NCBI GenBank assembly: GCA_046091145.1
Contig: JBJTBF010000058.1
Location: 4,876-68,875, forward strand
Source: Acidimicrobiales bacterium
GTDB lineage: Bacteria > Actinomycetota > Acidimicrobiia > Acidimicrobiales > Ilumatobacteraceae
Length of the DNA stretch: 64,000 nt
Reading direction: 5' to 3'
Shown: piece by piece, positions 37,492-45,485 of the stretch
Layout of the letters: the number at the start of each line of letters is the position of its first letter
Position numbering within the stretch: position 1 is the stretch's first letter
Notes under the pieces: model-generated
What the model saw: only the letters and a program-made list of their open reading frames with translations
Database searches by the model: none
Told to the model about the DNA's origin: nothing
Translations under genes and position numbers: made by a program

Positions 37492-38307
37492 TCAGCGTGG
37501 CTCGTGCCACTTCGGGGAGCGCTTCTCGAAGTCCGAGAGCACTGCCTCGCGCTGGTTCGGCCCACCGACGAGCCCCCCGATGATGCGCCGTTCGGCGGCG
37601 AACTGCTGGGCGGCAAACTCGAGGGCCAGCCTGTTGAGGAGTTCCTTCGAGCCGCGCACGGCATCGGGGCTGCGGCGGCAGATCTCCTGGGCCCACTCGT
37701 GGGCCGCCTCGTACGGCGTGTCCGAGAGCCGGGTGACGAGCCCGATCTGTGCGGCCTCCCGGCCGTCGAAGATCCGAGCGGTCATCACGATGTCCTTAAT
37801 TATGTCGGCCCGCACGAGACCCTGCATCAGGACCGTGCCGGCCATGTCGGGCACGAGACCCCAGTACGTCTCACGCACGGAGAACTTGGTGTCGGGGTGC
37901 GCAATGCGCACGTCGGCGCCGAGGGCAATCTGGCAGCCACCCCCGAGTGCGTGCCCGTGCACGGCCGCAACGACCGGTACCGGGATCTCCTGCCACACCC
38001 ATGCTGACTGCTGACCGAGATGGGTGATACGCCCGTCGACCATGTCACCGGCCGACGGCTGACGCTCGCCGTTGCCGCGCTCTCCCGAGGCCATCCCGCC
38101 GAGCGAGGCAAGGTCGATGCCCGCGCAGAACGAGGCGCCCTCGCCGGAGACAACGACCGCGTTGATCTTCTTGTTCGACTTCAGGGACTCGCCGGCGTCG
38201 ACGATTGCCTGGAATTGCTCGCCGTCGAGGGCGTTCCTCTTCTCGGGCCTGTTGAACCTCACGTCGGCGATGCCGTCGGAGAAGTTGATGATCACGCGCT
38301 CTGCCAT
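37492..38307 (-). CDS. enoyl-CoA hydratase/isomerase (crotonase) family
   Basis: RPEKRNALD.., SFCAGIDL, AAVHGHALGGGCQIAL oxyanion-hole motifs. Start trimmed to ATG 38307. Confidence 0.85.
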   Translation of the reverse strand: MAERVIINFSDGIADVRFNRPEKRNALDGEQFQAIVDAGESLKSNKKINAVVVSGEGASFCAGIDLASLGGMASGERGNGERQPSAGDMVDGRITHLGQQSAWVWQEIPVPVVAAVHGHALGGGCQIALGADVRIAHPDTKFSVRETYWGLVPDMAGTVLMQGLVRADIIKDIVMTARIFDGREAAQIGLVTRLSDTPYEAAHEWAQEICRRSPDAVRGSKELLNRLALEFAAQQFAAERRIIGGLVGGPNQREAVLSDFEKRSPKWHEPR

Positions 38308-38369
38308 GGCGGCAGTCTGCCACGGGGCGCCGTTTCGTCCCCCACCCGGGCCGTGGCAGACTGCCCGCC
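38308..38369. promoter_or_regulatory. mirror-symmetric divergent control region (18/19-nt inverted repeat abutting both ATGs)
   Basis: Arm 1 is ggcggcagtctgccacgg (38308-38325). Arm 2 is ccgtggcagactgcccgcc (38351-38369). They are reverse complements apart from one extra c. Each arm contains the 11-bp palindrome GGCAG(A/T)CTGCC and a CAGACT -10-like hexamer 6-7 nt from its ATG. Confidence 0.6.
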
Positions 38370-39017
38370 ATGAAACTGAACCTCTCCGCAGACGAAGTCC
38401 TGAAGACCACCCGCAGCGTGCGCAAGCGCCTGGACTTCGACCGTCCGGTCGAGCGGGCGCTCGTCGAGGAATGCCTGGAGATCGCCCTCCAGGCCCCCAC
38501 CGGCTCGAACAGTCAGGGCTGGCACTGGATCGTGGTGGAGGATGCCGCCAAGAAGAAGGCACTCGCCGACATCTACCGCAAGAACTGGTCGGTGTACGCG
38601 AGCATGCCCGGACGCCAGTACGCCGACGGCGACAGCCGCGGCGAGCGCATGGACCTCGTGCGCGACTCGGCCGGTTATCTCGCGGACAACTTCGAGCGCG
38701 CCCCGCTGCTGCTCATCCCCGCGATCGAGGGTCGTCTCGACAACCTGCCCAGTTTCGCCACCGCGAGCCAGTGGGGATCCCTGCTGCCGGCGGTGTGGAG
38801 TTTCATGCTCGCCCTGCGCGAGCGCGGCATGGGCTCGGCATGGACGACCATCCACCTCATGAACGGCGGCGAGGAGGAGGCGGCGAAGTTGCTCGGCATC
38901 CCGCACGAGCGCATCAGCCAGGGCGGCCTGTTCCCCATTGCCTACACCAAGGGCACCGACTTCAAGCCCGCCAAGCGCGAGCCGTTGTCGAAGGTGCTCC
39001 ACTGGGACAAGTGGTGA
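38370..39017 (+). CDS. nitroreductase family protein
   Basis: TTRSVRKRLDFDRPV..ALQAPTGSNSQGWHWIVV.., typical FMN nitroreductase-fold N-terminus. Confidence 0.8.
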   Translation: MKLNLSADEVLKTTRSVRKRLDFDRPVERALVEECLEIALQAPTGSNSQGWHWIVVEDAAKKKALADIYRKNWSVYASMPGRQYADGDSRGERMDLVRDSAGYLADNFERAPLLLIPAIEGRLDNLPSFATASQWGSLLPAVWSFMLALRERGMGSAWTTIHLMNGGEEEAAKLLGIPHERISQGGLFPIAYTKGTDFKPAKREPLSKVLHWDKW

Positions 39018-39721
39018 GTGACTCCCCCGTCACGCACTCCGTGCAGGAGGGCGTGTTCGTCATCACCATGGATGACGGCAAGGCGAACGCGGTGTCGCCG
39101 GCACTGCAGGCCGGGATCAACGGCGCGCTCGATGCCGCCGAGGCCGACGGACACCCTGTGGTGCTCACGGGAAGGCCGGGCTTCTTCTCGGCGGGTTTCG
39201 ATCTGAAGACCCTCGCCGCCGGCGGTCAACCGGCCGTCGACATGCTGCACGGCGGAATCACCCTCGCCATGCGGCTGCTGTCGCACCCGATGCCCGTGGT
39301 GGTTGCGTCCCCAGGCCACGCGATCGCGATGGGGGTGTTCCTGTCGCTGTGCGGCGACTACCGGATCGGGGCGCAGGGCAGCTTCCGTTACGTGGCGAAC
39401 GAGGTCGCGATCGGCATGGCGATGCCGTTCAGCACCATCGAACTGCTGCGTCAGCGGGTGACCCCGGCGGCACTCCCGCGCGCCGTGCTGCTGGCCGAGG
39501 TGTTCACACCCGACAACGCCGTGTCGAACGGACTGCTCGACGAGACCGCCGCACCCGACGACCTCCTGCCGCGCGCCGTCTCGTTCGCGGGTTCGCTCTC
39601 CGCACTCGACAACGGTGCACATGCGGTCAGCAAGAAGCGTCTGCGTGCACCGCTGCTCGAGGCGATGCGCGACGGCCTCGAACGTGATCTCGAGGGCTGG
39701 CGCAGGCAGTTCCTGGCCTGA
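39014..39721 (+). CDS. crotonase/enoyl-CoA hydratase family protein
   Basis: FVITMDDGKANAV.., GFFSAGFDLK, GHAIAMGVFL. GTG 39014 overlaps the nitroreductase stop (GTGA). The upstream part of ORF 38072..39721 is a shadow. Confidence 0.8.
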   Translation: MSDSPVTHSVQEGVFVITMDDGKANAVSPALQAGINGALDAAEADGHPVVLTGRPGFFSAGFDLKTLAAGGQPAVDMLHGGITLAMRLLSHPMPVVVASPGHAIAMGVFLSLCGDYRIGAQGSFRYVANEVAIGMAMPFSTIELLRQRVTPAALPRAVLLAEVFTPDNAVSNGLLDETAAPDDLLPRAVSFAGSLSALDNGAHAVSKKRLRAPLLEAMRDGLERDLEGWRRQFLA

Positions 39722-39756
39722 TCCGTCCCCGGGGCACCGCGTTCACCGCGGCCTGT

Positions 39757-40488
39757 TCAGTCGACGAGACGCAGCCCGCTCGGTGCGATCGACTGGTCGG
39801 CGAAGGGCAGGTCCACCACGAACTCGGTGCGGTGCGCCGGGAACACGTGATGGCTGACCAGCACGGTGCGACCGGCGGTGTCGGTGGTGGTGCGCACGCA
39901 CCGCAGCACCGGTGAACCCGCAGGGACCTTGAGCACCTTCGCCTCGTCAGCAGACACCACGTCGGCCCCGATCGTCTGGGTGGCACCGCTGAGCGGCACG
40001 TCGAGCAGTTCGTAGAACGGGGACCTCTCCACGTCGGCCCGCGAGAGGTTCTGGGCAAGGTCGGCGGCGCACCACACGGTCACGATGGCGAAGGGCTCAC
40101 CGTCGGCGAGGTTCACACGACGAACCCGGAGTGTCTGTGTGGAGCCGAGCGCACGTGCGACATCGCGCGGTGCGCGCTCGAAGGCGAACTCGAGCACGCG
40201 CCGCTCCGGCTTCACACCGGAGGCGCGCATCTGGTCCTCGATCGTGGCGAGACGGGCGAGAGGCTGGCGCACCGGTTCACCGGCCACGAACCAACCGAAG
40301 CCCTGGCGGGCATCCACGAGACCGCCGTCGCGCAGCAACTCGAGCGCCTTGCGCACGGTGACCCTGCTCGCACCGAACTCCGTCGACAGTTCCGATTCGC
40401 TCGGCAGCAGACGTCCCGCGGCGTACTCGCCCGATGTGACACGCGCACGCAGTTCGTCGGCGATTTGGTGGTAACGAATGGTGCGCAC
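39757..40488 (-). CDS. GntR-family transcriptional regulator, HutC subfamily (UTRA effector domain)
   Basis: Winged helix LPSESELSTEFGASRVTVRKALELL plus a UTRA-length C-terminal domain of about 160 aa. GTG start at 40488. Confidence 0.85.
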   Translation of the reverse strand: MRTIRYHQIADELRARVTSGEYAAGRLLPSESELSTEFGASRVTVRKALELLRDGGLVDARQGFGWFVAGEPVRQPLARLATIEDQMRASGVKPERRVLEFAFERAPRDVARALGSTQTLRVRRVNLADGEPFAIVTVWCAADLAQNLSRADVERSPFYELLDVPLSGATQTIGADVVSADEAKVLKVPAGSPVLRCVRTTTDTAGRTVLVSHHVFPAHRTEFVVDLPFADQSIAPSGLRLVD

Positions 40489-40510
40489 TTGTATTAGAGT
40501 TGTCTACACA
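40488..40510. promoter_or_regulatory. candidate operator shared with the icd region (site B, gntR/acn spacer)
   Basis: cttgtattagagttgtctacaca contains GTCTACAC, which fits the HutC-family GT-N-TA-N-AC pattern. It overlaps candidate -10 boxes TAGAGT (plus, acn) and TCTAAT (minus, gntR). Confidence 0.5.
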
Positions 40511-40555
40511 GAGGAAAAACGCAAGTCACCCCGCTTGCCGACCGAAAGGCACCCC

Positions 40556-42823
40556 ATGGCCGTCACCGCCGGTACCCCCGTCGAGCTCGTTCAGTCCGTC
40601 TATTCGCGCCTCGCGGCGAACGTCGCCACCGGCCGCGAGCGCCTCGGCCGGCCGCTCTCGCTTGCCGAGAAGATCCTCATCAATCACCTCGTCGACCCGA
40701 AGGGCCAGGAGATGGAGCGTGGCCGCAGCTACGCCGACTTCAACCCCGACCGCGTGGCCATGCAGGACGCCACCGCCCAGATGGCACTGCTGCAGTTCAT
40801 GACCGCGGGCCTGCCCCGCACGGCCGTGCCGTCCACAGTGCACTGCGACCATCTCATCCTCGCCAAGGTCGGTGCGAAGCTCGACCTGCGTGACGCGAAT
40901 GACAACAACCGCGAGGTCTATGACTTCCTGCGCAGCGTGTCGGCGAAGTACGGCATCGGTTTCTGGGGCCCAGGCAGCGGCATCATCCACCAGGTCGTGC
41001 TGGAGAACTACGCGTTCCCCGGCGGCATGATGATCGGCACCGACAGCCACACGCCGAACGCCGGCGGGCTCGGCATGGTCGCCATCGGTGTCGGTGGCGC
41101 GGACGCGGTCGACGTGATGACGGGCTTCCCGTTCAACGTGCGCTGGCCGAAGGTCATCGGCATCAGGCTCACCGGCACCCTGTCGGGCTGGAGCAGCCCT
41201 AAGGACGTCATCCTCGAGGTCGCGCGACAGCTCACCGTCGAGGGCGGCACCGGCGCCATCGTGGAGTACTTCGGCCCCGGTGCGGACTCCATCTCCGCAA
41301 CCGGCAAGGCAACCATCTGCAACATGGGTGCAGAGATCGGCGCGACGTGCTCGGTGTTCGGGTACGACGCGAACATGGCCACCTACCTGAAGGCGACTGG
41401 CCGCGCAGCCATTGCCGATGCGGCCGACAAGGTCGCCGAGCACCTGCGACCCGACGACGGCGCGCAGTACGACCAGGTCGTGGAGATCGACCTCTCCGCA
41501 CTGAAGCCCCTCATCAACGGCCCGCACTCCCCCGACCGTGCGCACCGCGTCGGAGCCGACGGGGTGGGCAAGGAAGCCCGCGGGAACGACTGGCCGCTCG
41601 AGGTCTCGGCCGCGCTCATCGGCTCGTGCACGAACTCCTCGTACGAGGACATCACCCGAGCGGCATCCATCGCCCGCCAGGCAGCAGCGAAGGGCCTGAC
41701 GGCACGCACCGAGCTGCTGATCTCGCCCGGGTCCGAACAGATCCGCGCCACCATCGAGCGTGACGGTCTTCTCGCCGACCTCGAGGCGATCGGCGCGACC
41801 GTGCTCGCGAACGCGTGCGGTCCGTGCATCGGGCAGTGGGAGCGCGCGGCCGACAGGACCGCCAAGCCCACCCGCCACGTGAACTCGTTCAACCGCAACT
41901 TCCCTAAGCGCGCCGACGGGTCAGCGAACACGCTCTCCTTCGACACCAGCCCCGACACCGTGATGGCCATCGCGCTGTCGGGCCGGCTCGACTTCGACCC
42001 CTCGGTCGACACCATCACCGCACCCGACGGAACCGAGGTGCGCCTCGACCCGCCGGTCGGCGAGATCGTGCCCGCGCGCGGCTACGACCCGGGTGTCGAC
42101 ACGTTCACCGCCCCGCCGGCCGACGGCAGCTCGGTCACCATCGAGGTCAGCCCGGCGAGTGACCGCCTGCAGCTGCTCGAGCCGTTCCCCGCGTGGGACG
42201 GCAGGGACTACGTGGAACTCCCCGTGCTGATGAAGGCCAAGGGCAAGTGCACCACCGACCACATCTCGGCTGCCGGCAAGTGGCTCACGTACCGCGGGCA
42301 TCTCGAGAACATCTCGGGGAACCTGTTCATCGGTGCGGTGAACGCCTACACCGCAGCCGTGGGTGAGGGTCTCGACATCACCGACGGCCAGCGCCGTTCG
42401 TACCCCGACATCGCGAAGCGCTACAGCGAGGCCGGCATCCGCTGGTGCGCGATCGGCGACCAGAACTACGGCGAGGGATCGTCCCGTGAGCACGCGGCGA
42501 TGGAGCCGAGGTTCCGCGGCGGCGTCGTGATCTTCGCTCGTTCGTTCGCACGCATCCACGAGACCAACCTGAAGAAGCAGGGACTCGTGCCGCTCACGTT
42601 CGCCGAGCCCGCCACCTACGACCTCATCGAGGAGACCGACCGCATCAGCGTGCTGAACCTGCCGCCGGTGCCCGACCGTCCGGTGCAGTGCCGCATCACG
42701 AAGGCCGACGGCCGCACGGTGGACTTCGAGGCGAGGCACACCTTCAGCGACGAGCAGGTGGAGTGGTTCAGGGCCGGCTCGGCACTGAACATCGTGCGCG
42801 CGAAGGTTGCAGCCGGCAGGTAG
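40556..42823 (+). CDS. acn: aconitate hydratase, short mitochondrial-type (about 755 aa)
   Basis: DRVAMQDATAQMALLQF, PSTVHCDHLI, GTDSHTPNAGG, IGSCTNSSYED, NACGPCIGQW Fe-S ligand motifs. Long colinear similarity to mitochondrial aconitase as I remember it. GAAAGG Shine-Dalgarno before ATG 40556. Confidence 0.9.
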   Translation: MAVTAGTPVELVQSVYSRLAANVATGRERLGRPLSLAEKILINHLVDPKGQEMERGRSYADFNPDRVAMQDATAQMALLQFMTAGLPRTAVPSTVHCDHLILAKVGAKLDLRDANDNNREVYDFLRSVSAKYGIGFWGPGSGIIHQVVLENYAFPGGMMIGTDSHTPNAGGLGMVAIGVGGADAVDVMTGFPFNVRWPKVIGIRLTGTLSGWSSPKDVILEVARQLTVEGGTGAIVEYFGPGADSISATGKATICNMGAEIGATCSVFGYDANMATYLKATGRAAIADAADKVAEHLRPDDGAQYDQVVEIDLSALKPLINGPHSPDRAHRVGADGVGKEARGNDWPLEVSAALIGSCTNSSYEDITRAASIARQAAAKGLTARTELLISPGSEQIRATIERDGLLADLEAIGATVLANACGPCIGQWERAADRTAKPTRHVNSFNRNFPKRADGSANTLSFDTSPDTVMAIALSGRLDFDPSVDTITAPDGTEVRLDPPVGEIVPARGYDPGVDTFTAPPADGSSVTIEVSPASDRLQLLEPFPAWDGRDYVELPVLMKAKGKCTTDHISAAGKWLTYRGHLENISGNLFIGAVNAYTAAVGEGLDITDGQRRSYPDIAKRYSEAGIRWCAIGDQNYGEGSSREHAAMEPRFRGGVVIFARSFARIHETNLKKQGLVPLTFAEPATYDLIEETDRISVLNLPPVPDRPVQCRITKADGRTVDFEARHTFSDEQVEWFRAGSALNIVRAKVAAGR

Positions 42824-42829
42824 GTCGGG

Positions 42830-44275
42830 TCAAGTGTCGAAGCCGGGACGGCGGTCGTCCTCGGCGTTGATGTCGCCCTCGTAGTTGGACGGGAGCGCAC
42901 GGCGCAGTTCGTCCTCTGTCGGCTCACGCCACACGCGTGCCTCCCCGGGCAGCAGGGCCGTGATGGCCGCCATGATGGACGCGGTGTCTGCATCGAGGTC
43001 GGCGCGTCCGAGCGTCACCGGGCCACCGACGGTCACCGACACGTCGGGCGGGGAGGTCACGTTCGTGATGTTCGGCAGTTTCGCGTTGCGCGGCCATACC
43101 TTCTCGGTGCCCCAGATTCCAACAGGGATCACGGGTGCGCCCGACACCTGAGCGAGTCGTGCCGCACCCCATCTGCCTTTCAGCACGGGGTCGAAGAATG
43201 CGCGTCCGCGGGGGATCGTGCCCTGGGGCATCAGCGCCACCATGTCGCCGGCGGCGAGTGCCTCTTCTGCTGCCCGCAACGGTTCGTTGCTGCCCGTGCC
43301 GCGGTCCACGCGGATGCCGCCGAGCGCGCTCGCCAGCGGGCCGATCACAGGGGCATCGAACACTTCCTTCTTGCCGAGGAACCGCACGGCGCGACCGGTG
43401 CGCGCCACCGCCATCGACACCGCGAACACGTCGAAGTAGCTGCGGTGGTTCCCCACGATGATGGCGGGCCCGCTCGAGGGGATGTTCTCGGTGCCGGAGA
43501 TCGTCCACTTTGCGTACGGGAAGGTCTCGGGACGGGCCAGTTTCAGGAGCAGCTGCTGGGCCTCGAGGCCGATGACCGGCACCTTCGCCACGCCGTCGGG
43601 AACGTCGAAGTTCGTCACCGGCCAGCGGCGCGCCGCGGCCATGATGCGCAGCCGCGCGTCGGGGTTCACGCACACCGGGTTGCCCACCGAGTACAGCAGC
43701 GGCTCGTCGTACACACTGTCGCTGTAGGCCCAGCTGCCGGCGAGATCGACACCGTTCGTCTGCGCCCACGTGCGCACCGCATCGCGCTTGCCGCGCGACC
43801 ACACGTACGTGCCGTCCAGTTCCCCTGTGTACGTCCCGTCGGCATCCACCGCGTACGTGGTGGCGATCACCGCATCGAACCCCACTGCGTGCGCGAACGG
43901 CTCGATGAGGTCCCGCGGCGTGGTGGTGGCGAGCACCACCAGCCGGCCCTCGTCGGCGTGCCTGCGCATCACGTTCCGCGCGTACGGCTGCATCAGCGCG
44001 ACCAGTCCGTCGACCGCGCGCTCCGCTGCGGCACGGACTTCATCGCGGCGGTGACCCTTCATGGCCAGCACTGCCTGGCGGCCGAGCACCATCGAGGGGA
44101 GGTTCTCGCCGAAGACCTCGAACACCTTGTAGAGCAGTGACTCCCCGGGGATGTCACGGGTGACGACGCCGGTCTCGCGCAGCACCTTCGTGACCACGTG
44201 CGCAGAGGCTCCCGACAGCAATGTGCGGTCGAGGTCGAAGAACGCTGCCTCGCGGGTGGCGGCGGAGCTGCTCAT
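42830..44275 (-). CDS. HAD-IB hydrolase / 1-acyl-sn-glycerol-3-phosphate acyltransferase fusion
   Basis: N-terminal FFDLDRTLL (HAD motif I). C-terminal NHRSYFD (HX4D) and GGIRVDRG acyltransferase motifs. Confidence 0.85.
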   Translation of the reverse strand: MSSSAATREAAFFDLDRTLLSGASAHVVTKVLRETGVVTRDIPGESLLYKVFEVFGENLPSMVLGRQAVLAMKGHRRDEVRAAAERAVDGLVALMQPYARNVMRRHADEGRLVVLATTTPRDLIEPFAHAVGFDAVIATTYAVDADGTYTGELDGTYVWSRGKRDAVRTWAQTNGVDLAGSWAYSDSVYDEPLLYSVGNPVCVNPDARLRIMAAARRWPVTNFDVPDGVAKVPVIGLEAQQLLLKLARPETFPYAKWTISGTENIPSSGPAIIVGNHRSYFDVFAVSMAVARTGRAVRFLGKKEVFDAPVIGPLASALGGIRVDRGTGSNEPLRAAEEALAAGDMVALMPQGTIPRGRAFFDPVLKGRWGAARLAQVSGAPVIPVGIWGTEKVWPRNAKLPNITNVTSPPDVSVTVGGPVTLGRADLDADTASIMAAITALLPGEARVWREPTEDELRRALPSNYEGDINAEDDRRPGFDT

Positions 44276-44281
44276 GTCGTG

Positions 44282-44287
44282 AGGCTA
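44282..44287 (-). promoter_or_regulatory. -10 box for a leaderless HAD-PlsC fusion gene
   Basis: TAGCCT on the minus strand, 6 nt upstream of ATG 44275, with no Shine-Dalgarno. Confidence 0.4.
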
Positions 44288-44315
44288 CGACTGCGGTAGG
44301 GCGACCTGTCCCGGG

Positions 44316-44428
44316 AAAGGGAGAGGCCCCGCCGAAGCGGGGCCTCTCAACCTGATCCATCGGAAGGGGGGATTCCGTATGAGGATCGCAGCGCCGGACT
44401 AATGGGGGGGCGTCCGGGCACCGATTTA
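44316..44428 (-). ncRNA. 6C small RNA
   Basis: Minus strand has hairpin 1 ccggac-[gcccccccauua]-guccgg (44417-44394) and hairpin 2 cggaa-[ucccccc]-uuccg (44377-44361). Each loop has at least 6 C. These are followed by a 12-bp GC terminator hairpin. The gene lies in a divergent intergenic region with its own -10/-35. Confidence 0.75.
44321..44348 (-). terminator. intrinsic terminator-like hairpin ending the 6C RNA
   Basis: gagaggccccgc-uucg-gcggggccucuc, a perfect 12-bp stem with a UUCG tetraloop, followed by ccuuuccc. Confidence 0.7.
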
Positions 44429-44433
44429 TTTGA

Positions 44434-44462
44434 AGACTATTTTCACACGTGAATGCGTGAAC
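44434..44462 (-). promoter_or_regulatory. putative promoter of the 6C RNA
   Basis: Minus strand: GTTCAC (44462-44457), 17-nt spacer, TAGTCT (44439-44434). Lies in an AT-rich patch unusual for this DNA. Confidence 0.45.
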
Positions 44463-44501
44463 ACTCAAGTTGAACGAGGCGATACTTTCCATCGTTTTTT
44501 G

Positions 44502-44510
44502 TGATAGGTT
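44502..44510 (+). promoter_or_regulatory. extended -10 box for a leaderless LysR gene
   Basis: TGaTAGGTT, ending 8 nt before ATG 44519. Confidence 0.4.
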
Positions 44511-44518
44511 CCCCAGGA

Positions 44519-45460
44519 ATGGAGTTCAAGCAACTGCAGAGCCTGCTGGCAATCGCCGACCACGGGTCGTTCTCCGCGGCCGCAAGGGCCCTCGGCACCG
44601 TACAGTCCAATGTGTCCGCCCATGTCTCTCGCCTGGAGAAGGAATTGGGGGTGGTGCTCGTCGACCGGCACACCGGAGGCCTCACCGACGAGGGTGACAT
44701 CGTGGCCGGCCGGGCACGGCGCATCGCACACGAGCTCGAGGACATCGACACCGACATCCACTCCCTCGGGGAGTCCGCCGTGGGCGAGGCGCGCATCGGC
44801 ACGATCGGCACCACCGCGCGCTGGCTGATGCCCCGGCTTCTCACCGCTCTGTCGCGGCGCCATCCGGGAGTGAAGGTCACCGTGGTGGAGGCAACGTCGA
44901 GCTCGCTCGCATCGTTGCTGGCGAACGGGGAGATCGATGCAGCGATCATGCACCTTCCCGTGTCGGGCGCCGACGTGGAGGTGCGTGAGCTCTTTGCGGA
45001 GGACCTTCTGTTGCTGTGCAGCACGTCGCACCCGCTTGCGGGCCGCGGCGAGGTGGGAATCAGGGAGCTCGCCGGGCACCCGGTTCTGCTTGCACCGCGC
45101 GGCACCGCGCAGCGACGGATCCTCGACCGCGCCGCCGCCGGCCACGGGGTGACTCTCACCTCTCTTGCCGAGATCGACGGTGTGCGCCTCATGGCATCGC
45201 TCGCCTTCGAGGGCTTCGGCCCCGCGATTGTGCCCGCCTCGGCGGTGCCCGGTTGGCTGCGCGGTGACTTCGTGCGTGTGACCGTCCCAGAGCTGCCCCG
45301 TCGCTACGTCGGATGGGTGCAGCGCGCCCGGCCGCGACCCAACCGCGCGACCCTTGCCGTCCGCGACACCGCGCTCGCCGTGGTGTCACGCGATGCGGAG
45401 AAACAGCCCGGCATCACGCTGTCGGCGGCCTCCTCCGGCCAGCGCACACCGCGCGGCTGA
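44519..45460 (+). CDS. LysR-family transcriptional regulator
   Basis: MEFKQLQSLLAIADHGSFSAAARALGTVQSNVSAHVSRLEKELG HTH, plus a LysR substrate-binding domain. ATG 44519 preferred over the listed GTG 44501. Confidence 0.88.
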   Translation: MEFKQLQSLLAIADHGSFSAAARALGTVQSNVSAHVSRLEKELGVVLVDRHTGGLTDEGDIVAGRARRIAHELEDIDTDIHSLGESAVGEARIGTIGTTARWLMPRLLTALSRRHPGVKVTVVEATSSSLASLLANGEIDAAIMHLPVSGADVEVRELFAEDLLLLCSTSHPLAGRGEVGIRELAGHPVLLAPRGTAQRRILDRAAAGHGVTLTSLAEIDGVRLMASLAFEGFGPAIVPASAVPGWLRGDFVRVTVPELPRRYVGWVQRARPRPNRATLAVRDTALAVVSRDAEKQPGITLSAASSGQRTPRG

Positions 45461-45485
45461 CCACTGCTCCCGCCCGCGACCTAGT

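Noticed and set aside
31075-38014. Several very long plus-strand ORFs (31075..33243, 32762..34162, 34868..36346, 36347..38014).
   Set aside because: They are antisense shadows of gltD, gltB and the crotonase gene. They have low-complexity Arg/His/Pro-rich translations and no recognisable motifs, while the minus-strand genes are canonical.
44463-44469. ACTCAAG, a half-site of the HspR HAIR element (CTTGAGT-N7-ACTCAAG).
   Set aside because: There is no matching CTTGAGT half at the required spacing on either side.
44154-44492. 112-aa minus-strand ORF spanning the plsC/lysR spacer.
   Set aside because: It is read straight through the 6C hairpins and terminator, so the C runs become Pro runs. 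An RNA gene explains the region better.
44476-44500. Small hairpin (aacga...tcgtt / cgat...atcg) followed by TTTTTT on the plus strand, resembling a terminator.
   Set aside because: The stem is only 4-5 bp and no plus-strand gene lies upstream to terminate. The T-run more likely belongs to the AT-rich lysR promoter region.
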